Source of the DNA: Candidatus Daviesbacteria bacterium
Lineage (GTDB): Bacteria > Patescibacteriota > Microgenomatia > Daviesbacterales > UBA10151
Length of the DNA stretch: 64,000 nucleotides
Assembly (NCBI GenBank): GCA_016176465.1
Contig: JACOXD010000010.1
Span: 71,497 to 135,496, forward strand
Direction of reading: 5' to 3'
Shown here: one piece after another, positions 49,444 through 56,982 of the stretch
Layout: each line of letters starts with the position of its first letter
How positions within the stretch are numbered: position 1 is the first letter of the stretch
The notes under the pieces: model-generated
The model's database searches: none
Seen by the model: the letters and a program-made list of their open reading frames with translations, nothing else
Told to the model about the DNA's origin: nothing
Translations under genes and position numbers: made by a program

Positions 49444-50775
49444 TTAGGTTCCCTCTTGCCAGGAGTTTAAATATTTTTGCTGCTCTTTTGTTAATTTATC
49501 TATCTCTATCCCTAAAGTATTTAATTTAATTAAGGCTATCTCTTTATCAAATTCATCGGGAAGTTGATGGACTCCGGGCTTTAGTTTACTCGCAGAGAAG
49601 CTTTGCTTACTCGCAGAGAAGCTTTGCTTACTCGCAGAGAAGCTTTGCTTACTCGCAGAGAAGCTTTGCTTATTTTTTGCTAAATATTCAGCAGCTAGCG
49701 CTTGATTGGCAAAACTCATATCCATTACATCAGGAGGATGCCCCTCAGCAGATATTAGATTAATCAATCTCCCCTCTCCTAAAACAAAAACTTTTTTGCC
49801 ACTACTTAATGTAACTTCTTCCAAATAATTCCTTAAAGTCCTTTTAGTTTTTGCCTCTTTAATTAAACCATTATAATCAAACTCAACATTAAAATGTCCG
49901 GCATTGGCCAAAATTACACCATTCTTTAATGAGTTAAAGTGGTTTTTAGAAATAACATGTTTATTACCAGTTGCGGTTACAATAATGTCAGCTAACTTTA
50001 TTGCATCTGCAATTCTCATAACCTCAAACCCATCCATTGCTGCCTCTAGCGCTCTAACTGGATTTACCTCAGCAATAATAACTTGTGCCCCCATTCCTTT
50101 AGCTCTTGCAGCCAATCCCCTGCCACACCAACCATACCCGCAGATTAAAAACTTTTTACCAGCCAGTAAAACATTGGTGGCCCTTAAAATCCCATCAATT
50201 GTTGATTGACCCGTTCCATATCTGTTATCAAACATATGTTTTGTTAATGAATCATTAACAGCAATCACCGGTAAATTTAGCGCTCCATCTTTTTCCATCG
50301 CTTTTAATCTAATAACTCCTGTTGTTGTTTCCTCCGATGAACCAATTACATACTTTAGTTGGTTTTTTCTCTCACTATGTAAAAGGGAAACTAAATCCGC
50401 TCCATCATCCATTGTAATTTGAGGGTTAAAATCTAAAACTTTGTTTAAGTGATTGTAGTAGGTTTTAGTATCTTCTCCTTTTATAGCAAATGTTGGAATG
50501 TCAAAATCTTTTACTAGGGAAGCGGCAACTTCATCTTGGGTTGATAATGGGTTAGATGCACAAAGTGCAACTTTAGCTCCCCCTATCTTTAAAGTAATTA
50601 CTAAGTTTGCAGTTTCTGCAGTAACGTGTAAGCATGCAGCTAAAGTAATATTTTTAAGTGGCTTTTCTTTTTTAAATCTTAACTTTATTTTCTCTAAAAC
50701 TTTCATCTGGGATCCGGCCCATTCGATTTTTAATTTTCCAGATGAAGCAAGTTTTAAATCTTTTACATCACTCAT
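49444..50775 (-). CDS. ahcY: S-adenosylhomocysteine hydrolase
   Basis: CLH, SNPLSTQ, EETTTG, FDNRYGTGQS, GYGWCG and GHP..VMD.SF motifs. Confidence 0.97.
   Translation of the reverse strand: MSDVKDLKLASSGKLKIEWAGSQMKVLEKIKLRFKKEKPLKNITLAACLHVTAETANLVITLKIGGAKVALCASNPLSTQDEVAASLVKDFDIPTFAIKGEDTKTYYNHLNKVLDFNPQITMDDGADLVSLLHSERKNQLKYVIGSSEETTTGVIRLKAMEKDGALNLPVIAVNDSLTKHMFDNRYGTGQSTIDGILRATNVLLAGKKFLICGYGWCGRGLAARAKGMGAQVIIAEVNPVRALEAAMDGFEVMRIADAIKLADIIVTATGNKHVISKNHFNSLKNGVILANAGHFNVEFDYNGLIKEAKTKRTLRNYLEEVTLSSGKKVFVLGEGRLINLISAEGHPPDVMDMSFANQALAAEYLAKNKQSFSASKQSFSASKQSFSASKQSFSASKLKPGVHQLPDEFDKEIALIKLNTLGIEIDKLTKEQQKYLNSWQEGT
49586..49672 (-). repeat. In-frame 21-bp tandem repeat x4 (TAAGCAAAGCTTCTCTGCGAG) plus TAA in ahcY
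   Basis: Four exact units encoding KQSFSAS. Confidence 0.97.
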
Positions 50776-50780
50776 AATAG

Positions 50781-50888
50781 TGTCATCCTGATCTTATTCC
50801 TTGTCATCCTGATCTTGCTACCTGTCATCCTGAGGGCAAAGCCCGAAGGATCTAGTTAAGAGATTCTTCACTACGTATCAGAATGACA
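50781..50888. repeat. GTCA-type repeat cluster
   Basis: TGTCATCCTGA at 50781, 50802 and 50823 (21-bp period); full unit at 50823-50853; inverted partner at 50861-50888 supplies the stop codon of the kinase gene. Confidence 0.88.
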
Positions 50889-51831
50889 ACTCCTGCGTAT
50901 CAAGTGACAACTCTTTTCCATAATTTTCCTTAAATCTTTTTTTAAATTCTTCTTTAGAAAATTGGTGATTTGTTGTACCATATTTTTCTATTGCAAAGCA
51001 AGCTGTTAGTGAACCCATTTGCCCGCAAATTTCTAAATCTAAATTATTTAAATACCCAGTTATAAATCCAGATCTGTAAGCATCCCCTGCCCCCGTTGGA
51101 TCAACTACTTCTTTTGGAACTGCTGGAGAAATTTTAAATTCCTTACTCCTTATTTTTATTATTGATCCTTGGGCTCCTAATGTAATAATTAATATTTCAA
51201 CAATTTTCAATAAATCGTCATCTGATAATTTTAGTCTGGATTTTATTAAACCAATTTCGTAATCATTACCAATTAAAATTTTTGCACTTTTAATACCCTT
51301 ATTTAATTCTTCGTTGCTAAATCTGGGAAGCTGCATTCCGGGATCAAACATGTAGGGAATGTTTAACTTTAGTGCTTGTTTTGCAAAATTAATCATTGCT
51401 TCCGTACTGGTTGGAGCAATAATTAAAAAGTCTGGTTTTGGATTTTCAATCTGTAGATCTTTATCGAAATTCATAGATCCTGGATAAAAACCTGTTATTT
51501 GGTTATCATTTTTATCTGTTGTAATAAATGCCATTGCACTCCCCTCGTTAGGGATTATTTTTATATTTGATGTATCCACCCCATTTTTTTCTAGAAAAAT
51601 TTTATAATCATCAAAATCATTACCAGCGCAAGATAAAATTCCAACCCTTTGTTTAAGTAAAGCTAGAGTATAAGCAATATTTCCAGCAGTCCCTCCTTTT
51701 TCTTTTTTTAAAGTATTAACTAGAAATGAAAGATTAAGAATGTGGATTTTCTTTGGATCAATATGGTCCGCAAAACTTCCCGGAAAATCCATAATATAAT
51801 CAAAAGCCAAAGAACCTGTTACTAAAATCAT
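50878..51831 (-). CDS. PfkB-family kinase, adenosine-kinase-like
   Basis: TGSLAFD, GGTAGNIAY, DPG.Q, NDYE and DPTGAGDAYR motifs; upstream of ahcY. Confidence 0.88.
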   Translation of the reverse strand: MILVTGSLAFDYIMDFPGSFADHIDPKKIHILNLSFLVNTLKKEKGGTAGNIAYTLALLKQRVGILSCAGNDFDDYKIFLEKNGVDTSNIKIIPNEGSAMAFITTDKNDNQITGFYPGSMNFDKDLQIENPKPDFLIIAPTSTEAMINFAKQALKLNIPYMFDPGMQLPRFSNEELNKGIKSAKILIGNDYEIGLIKSRLKLSDDDLLKIVEILIITLGAQGSIIKIRSKEFKISPAVPKEVVDPTGAGDAYRSGFITGYLNNLDLEICGQMGSLTACFAIEKYGTTNHQFSKEEFKKRFKENYGKELSLDTQELSF

Positions 51832-51844
51832 AATTTAAAGATTA

Positions 51845-52306
51845 TTGCATAAAAGTAAGCTTAATAGTATATTTTGCAATATGGTATATAGAATGGAGTG
51901 TGATGCGAATTTTGCGGGCCCAGCAAGGATAGAAAATGGAGCTAGGTTGTTTAATATGATTGTCTATCAAGATGATTTACCAGGAGGTATAGATTATACA
52001 AATTGGACTGTAGTTGAACATAATTCAAGAGGTAGAAGAGGGAAAATTATACGTACTGGAATTGAAGCAAAAAGCGATAGAGTAGTACTACACAGCCATG
52101 ATACAAAAGGTAAAGCGATAGAGCTTCTGCATGAAAGGTTTAGGGATGGATTAAGAATTATATATACTATAATGGGAACGGAATATTGGTGCAAAATTTT
52201 TCCAGTTGAACAATCACCCAGAGGACCATCAGAGGCAAAAAAGTTTATTGATAATTACGGTTGGCATATGCCTACTTATGGTTCTAGAAGATCTCCAAGA
52301 AGATAA
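51845..52306 (+). CDS. Hypothetical protein
   Basis: 153-aa ORF; start uncertain (possibly ATG 51893). Confidence 0.5.
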   Translation: MHKSKLNSIFCNMVYRMECDANFAGPARIENGARLFNMIVYQDDLPGGIDYTNWTVVEHNSRGRRGKIIRTGIEAKSDRVVLHSHDTKGKAIELLHERFRDGLRIIYTIMGTEYWCKIFPVEQSPRGPSEAKKFIDNYGWHMPTYGSRRSPRR

Positions 52307-52309
52307 AAT

Positions 52310-53356
52310 TTAGGAAATTATAACTTTGTGATATAGCTTGACTAATCTATTTTCTCTTTCTAATTCTAGCTTTCTTCTTCTAAGTGTTACTTCCTCTCGG
52401 GATATATCATGATGAAATGTATCTCTCATACCTCTGGTAGCCAATACAACCCTGCTGATTATATCTGGAGTTATATTTACTGGTCTTCCTTCCCATGTAA
52501 AATGTAAATGCCCTCTTGGTAGTTGCACTCCTTTATCAGGGACCCTCCATAGTTCTTGCTCCGGCACTACTGGCTTGAACTGATCTCTATCTGAGGGGAT
52601 AAATGTTACTTCTAAAATCTCATTTCCTTGGATATCTACAACCTGGGTAAAGGGAATCTTTGGTTTTTGGGGGCGGGTAGGATGTTCTCTAACAATAGCT
52701 ACTACATCGCCGTTGGTTATAGAGACTGCTTTAAAATGTGCGGGAGTATAAGGTTGCCAAGTGGAGATTACTTGAGGATTTTCAGTGTGGGCATCTGCAA
52801 GATGTAATCTTGAAGCAAATAAAACATGCAAATCACCAATTGTGGCAAAAGAGGTTGTGGTATATGTAGCAATTGCTCTTAAAGGTCTTGCATAATTTTC
52901 AAAAAAAGAAGCTAAAAAGGGATCTTGGATATCGCTGATGGTCTTGTCTTGAGGCAAAAGGACACTTTTTTTAACTTGTCTTAAATCCACTTTGGCAGTT
53001 CTCCATAAAGAGTCAGGAGCCATATCTGCCCAATCTTGGTAAGTATCTGGATCACGATCAAGTATGTCCCCGACTCTTTCTTGAACAAACGCATTTCCTG
53101 ATATTCCTAATCCAAGAATCAAGCGATATGCTTGGTTTAATATTCTGGTCCTTATTAACCTTCTCTCAGGACTTCTCCCAGCCAAATCAGCTTTTAACCC
53201 TTCCTCAAGTAACTTATAGAAGAAGCGTCTTCTTCCTAAAGTTGCACGATTAGCTATTTTTCTATCCCTTGACTCAGCATGTTCAAAACCACTTAAATTG
53301 ACAGGTATATTTTCACCTAAGCCATCAAGTTCAAATAACCTATCTAATCTTGACAT
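52310..53356 (-). CDS. Hypothetical protein (Arg-rich)
   Basis: 348-aa ORF; TATAAT 7 nt before the ATG. Confidence 0.65.
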   Translation of the reverse strand: MSRLDRLFELDGLGENIPVNLSGFEHAESRDRKIANRATLGRRRFFYKLLEEGLKADLAGRSPERRLIRTRILNQAYRLILGLGISGNAFVQERVGDILDRDPDTYQDWADMAPDSLWRTAKVDLRQVKKSVLLPQDKTISDIQDPFLASFFENYARPLRAIATYTTTSFATIGDLHVLFASRLHLADAHTENPQVISTWQPYTPAHFKAVSITNGDVVAIVREHPTRPQKPKIPFTQVVDIQGNEILEVTFIPSDRDQFKPVVPEQELWRVPDKGVQLPRGHLHFTWEGRPVNITPDIISRVVLATRGMRDTFHHDISREEVTLRRRKLELERENRLVKLYHKVIIS

Positions 53357-53524
53357 GGGGAAGATTATAACATAATAAGGCCTATAATGTTAAAGGTACT
53401 GCCAGCGGGAGTTGAACCCGCGATTTCATGTCCCGACTATGTCGAGGATTCACGATCCCGGTTATACCGCGGATGCACGATTCAATCGGCATGAAATCGG
53501 AAGATGAAAACCAAGTGCCCCTAG

Positions 53525-53597
53525 TAGCTCCAACCGGATTCGAACCGGTGTTCTAGCGTTGAGAACGCTATGTCCTAGACCTCTAGACGATGGAGCC
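53525..53597 (-). tRNA. tRNA-Glu(CUC)
   Basis: GGCTCCA TC GTCT AGAGGTCTA GGAC A TAGCG TTCTCAA CGCTA GAAC ACCGG TTCGAAT CCGGT TGGAGCT A; full cloverleaf, CCA not encoded. Confidence 0.95.
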
Positions 53598-53834
53598 GTT
53601 TATTAAATTTTCAATTGCCGCCCTACTTTTAAGAGACTTTAGGTAATATTCTCTCTTTTTTGCTTCGGACCTTGTTTTGAAAGTCTCTTGGTAAATTATC
53701 TTGTAAGGTATTCTACTTTTTGTATATCTCGAATAACCTTTGTTATGTCTCGATATTCTTTTATCTAAATCATCAGTACTTCCAATATAGTAACTTCCAT
53801 CTTTTAGACTTTGTATTATATAGGTAGTAGACAC
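53583..53834 (-). CDS. Small GIY-YIG nuclease (UPF0213-like)
   Basis: YIIQS...YYIGST.DL..R...HN.G...YT...E...EA..RE..LK; last codons overlap the 5' end of the tRNA. Confidence 0.9.
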   Translation of the reverse strand: MSTTYIIQSLKDGSYYIGSTDDLDKRISRHNKGYSRYTKSRIPYKIIYQETFKTRSEAKKREYYLKSLKSRAAIENLINGSIV

Positions 53835-54013
53835 TGATTTCGGGCCACTAGTCCCGACAAATAAGATTTGTCGAGGATCCTCGATCCAAAAAGGATCGGG
53901 AACGATGGCGGCGCATGCTCAATTTTACCAAAAATACTCGATTTGCACTACGTGGTGAATATTGTTTTGCTTTAGCGTTGATCTGATAAATTGTTTACTC
54001 TATACTTTAAGCT

Positions 54014-55957
54014 ATGGCTTTGGAAAATTTACAAAAAGAACGCTTAAAAAAGTTAAAAAATATTAAAAATTTAGGGATAAATGCTTACCCTTCTTTGGTA
54101 AACAGAAAGCAGACAACAGCCCAGGCTGTTAAAATGCTCGGGAAAAATGTTGCTGTGGCAGGAAGGATTAGGTCTTTGCGTCCTCATGGCAAAATAACTT
54201 TTGCAGATTTGGAAGATGAGTCAGGAAAAATTCAGTTATTTTTCTCTTTAAATGAATTACCCGGGGATAAATATGATATTTTAGCTAATTTAGATATTGG
54301 AGATTTTTTATCTGCTGAGGGTGAAGTTTTTAAAACCCAAGCAGGGGAAGTTACAGTTAAAGTAAAAAGCTATTCACTTTTAACAAAATCTCTAAGACCT
54401 CTTCCCTCAAAGTTTTACGGACTCGCAGATATTGAGGAAAGATATAGACAAAGGTATGTAGATTTAATTATTAATCCTGATGTTAGAAAAACTCTTGATA
54501 TTAGACATAAAGCAATTAGATTTTTAAGAAACTTTATGGAGGAAAAAGGTTTTGTAGAGGTTGAAACTCCAACTCTGCAGCCTATTTATGGGGGTGCAAC
54601 AGCTAAACCATTTGTAACTTCTCATCACGCCTTGGATTCTAAATTTTATTTGCGTATCTCGGATGAACTTTATTTAAAACGTTTAATTGTTGGAGGATTT
54701 GAGAAGGTTTTTGAAATTTGTAAAGACTTTAGAAATGAAGGGATAGACAGACAACATAATCCTGAGTTTACTATGATGGAATTTTATTGGGCTTATGCAG
54801 AATACGGCGACTTAATGAAGTTAACTGAAGAAATGGTCTCCAAACTGGTAAAGGAAATTCATGGAAATTTTAAATTTAAGTTTGAAGAGAAAAAATTAGA
54901 TTTTAGTGCACCCTTTAAAAGGGTAAAGTTTGCAGATTTAGTTAAAGAGCACTCTGGTATAGATTTAAATGAAGTTGACAGCGAAGAAAAATTGCTTCAA
55001 GTAATAAAAGAAAAAGAGATTAAACTTGAATTACATAATGTAGTAGGGTATGGACCTTTGGTTGATGAGCTTTATAAAACAGTTGCTGGACCAAATATTA
55101 CTCAGCCCACCTTTATAACTGATTATCCTTATGAGATGTTACCTTTAGCGAAAGCTAAAGAAGAAGATCCAACACGCCCCTCCTCCGGAGGTAAAAAAGC
55201 AGCTAGCTTCCAACTTCTTTGTATGGGGTTTGAGTTAGTAAAAGCTTACAATGAGTTAAATGATCCAGCTGAGCAAAAGAAAAAATGGATTGATGAGATA
55301 AATCTTGGAAAAAAAGGCTTAGAAGAACACCAAGTTTTAGATGAGGATTATATTAGAGCACTGGAGTATGGTATGCCGCCAACAGCCGGGTGGGGAATGG
55401 GAGTAGATAGATTAGTTTCTCTTTTAACAAACCAGCATTCAATAAAAGATGTAATTTTATTCCCAACTCTAAAGCCTGAGAAAAAATTGAAAATCCCTTC
55501 TCTAAAGAGAGCTGACGAATCACGAGTAAAACAGGATTTCAGCAAAAAGATGGTTGTTGTTTTAAATAAATCCGTTAAATCTTGGGAAGCTATGAATACA
55601 GTGGGACATATTAGTGCTTTCTTGGGTAATAAAATGCGAGAGAGTTTTGATACTGGAGATTATTTCAAAACCAAGGATGGGAAAAAGCACCCAAGAAATT
55701 CCCAGTACCCAGTCGTTACACTAGTTGCAAGTAAGAAGGATCTTAAGAAATTAATTAATGAATTAAGAGATACAGATTTAATTTACATAGGTTATGTTCC
55801 AGAAATGGTGGAATTCACAGATGATCAAAAATTAGAAAAAGCTATTAGTAGTATGGAAGATGAGAAAGATGAGAAAATAGAATATTTAGGAGTTGGAATA
55901 TTTGGAGAAAATGAGAAAATGAAAGAACTGACAAAACAATTTAGTTTATGGAAGTAA
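54014..55957 (+). CDS. lysS: Class II lysyl-tRNA synthetase with a C-terminal DUF2000-like extension
   Basis: OB fold; YRQRY, FRNEG, HNPEF and EYGMPP..G.G.G.DR motifs; about 140 extra C-terminal residues. Confidence 0.96.
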   Translation: MALENLQKERLKKLKNIKNLGINAYPSLVNRKQTTAQAVKMLGKNVAVAGRIRSLRPHGKITFADLEDESGKIQLFFSLNELPGDKYDILANLDIGDFLSAEGEVFKTQAGEVTVKVKSYSLLTKSLRPLPSKFYGLADIEERYRQRYVDLIINPDVRKTLDIRHKAIRFLRNFMEEKGFVEVETPTLQPIYGGATAKPFVTSHHALDSKFYLRISDELYLKRLIVGGFEKVFEICKDFRNEGIDRQHNPEFTMMEFYWAYAEYGDLMKLTEEMVSKLVKEIHGNFKFKFEEKKLDFSAPFKRVKFADLVKEHSGIDLNEVDSEEKLLQVIKEKEIKLELHNVVGYGPLVDELYKTVAGPNITQPTFITDYPYEMLPLAKAKEEDPTRPSSGGKKAASFQLLCMGFELVKAYNELNDPAEQKKKWIDEINLGKKGLEEHQVLDEDYIRALEYGMPPTAGWGMGVDRLVSLLTNQHSIKDVILFPTLKPEKKLKIPSLKRADESRVKQDFSKKMVVVLNKSVKSWEAMNTVGHISAFLGNKMRESFDTGDYFKTKDGKKHPRNSQYPVVTLVASKKDLKKLINELRDTDLIYIGYVPEMVEFTDDQKLEKAISSMEDEKDEKIEYLGVGIFGENEKMKELTKQFSLWK

Positions 55958-56006
55958 CTAGTATGATAGTCTAGTCTATCATACTAAGATACTAAAATAT
56001 TAAATT

Positions 56007-56624
56007 ATGATTATGAAAAGAGAAGAAGCATATAAACTAATGACAGAGATGATTAAAAATCCCAATTTGCAAAAGCATGGGTTGGCTGTTGAGGCAATAA
56101 TGAGAGAGCTTTGTAAATATTTAAGAAAAAGAGAAAAACTAGATCCTTCGGCTTTGTCTCAGGATGACAAGTGGTGGGATATTGAATTTGATGAAGAGGA
56201 GTGGGCAATAGTTGGACTTTTACATGACGCTGATTATGAATTAATAGAAAAAGATCCTACCCGTCACACACTGGTAACAGAAGAAAGGGTCCGACCCTTA
56301 GGCGCTAGTGAAAGAATTATAAATGGGATAAAAGCTCATCATGATGGGATTAAAGAAACTAGGGATAATTATTTAGAAAAGTCAGTTTATGCAGCAGATG
56401 AGTTATCTGGTTTAATAACAGCTTGTGCTTTGGTTAAAGAAAAAAAATTATCCAATGTAACTGTTGAAACTGTAATGAAAAAATTTCCTGAAAAAAACTT
56501 TGCTGCTGGTGCAAAAAGGGATCAAATTTTAGCCTGTGAGAACGAATTAAAAGTTCCTCTGGAGGAGTTTGTAGGAATTGCACTAAAAGCCATGCAGGGA
56601 ATTAGCAAAGAATTGGATCTATGA
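56007..56624 (+). CDS. HD-domain (HDIG) metal-dependent phosphohydrolase
   Basis: H...V...M, GLLHDADYE, AH, DEL.G and FAAG motifs; contains two different repeat inserts. Confidence 0.88.
   Translation: MIMKREEAYKLMTEMIKNPNLQKHGLAVEAIMRELCKYLRKREKLDPSALSQDDKWWDIEFDEEEWAIVGLLHDADYELIEKDPTRHTLVTEERVRPLGASERIINGIKAHHDGIKETRDNYLEKSVYAADELSGLITACALVKEKKLSNVTVETVMKKFPEKNFAAGAKRDQILACENELKVPLEEFVGIALKAMQGISKELDL
56141..56169. repeat. GTCA-type element in frame within the HD gene
   Basis: AGATCCTTC-GGCTTTGTC-TCAGGATGACA, read as DPSALSQDD. Confidence 0.85.
56286..56298. repeat. RAYT1-type palindrome inside the HD gene
   Basis: AGGGTCCGACCCT, read as RVRP. Confidence 0.8.
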
Positions 56625-56627
56625 TTT

Positions 56628-56973
56628 TGTCATTTCGAATGTAAGTGAGAAATCTCAAGATTTATTATGTCTATATAATAGCCAGTAAGACAGGAACGTT
56701 ATATATTGGAGTTACTAATGATTTGCATCGCAGAATATATGAGCATAGAAATAAATTGATTAAAGGATTTACAGAAAAATATAATATTGATAGACTTATG
56801 TATTTCCAAGAATTTGAAGATATAAACCAAGCAATTGAAGCAGAGAAAAAGTTTAAAAAATGGAGTAGAGATAAAAAAATGAATTTGATAAAAACCATGA
56901 ACCCTGATTTTAAAGATTTATATGAAAGATTAATCTAGAGATCTCTCTCAGGCAAGCTCTGATCGAGATGACA
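56628..56973 (+). mobile_element. GIY-YIG cassette with inverted GTCA-type ends
   Basis: Left end TGTCATTTCGA...GAGAAATCT (56628-56655); right end AGATCTCTC...TCGAGATGACA (56939-56973). Confidence 0.75.
56645..56938 (+). CDS. Small GIY-YIG nuclease
   Basis: YYVYI.AS..GTLYIGVTNDL.RR..EH....GFT.KY....L.Y...AI..EK..K.W.R..K..LI...NP...DL. Confidence 0.92.
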   Translation: MRNLKIYYVYIIASKTGTLYIGVTNDLHRRIYEHRNKLIKGFTEKYNIDRLMYFQEFEDINQAIEAEKKFKKWSRDKKMNLIKTMNPDFKDLYERLI

Positions 56974-56982
56974 AAGGAACTT

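Larger units (their letters stand above)
53397..53912 (-). tRNA. Interrupted tRNA-Glu(UUC): 5' part 53842-53912, 3' part 53397-53521 (pseudogene or processed)
   Basis: Removing the inserts gives GCCGCCA TC GTCT AGTGGCCCG GGGC A CTTGG TTTTCAT CCATG AAATC GCGGG TTCAACT CCCGC TGGCAGT A; two stem mismatches. Confidence 0.65.

Noticed and set aside
53431-53901. Group I/II or archaeal BHB introns in the tRNA
   Set aside because: The inserts are only 50 and 72 nt, and the ~320-nt one is filled by an ORF and a tRNA. No ribozyme core or clear bulge-helix-bulge could be identified by eye.
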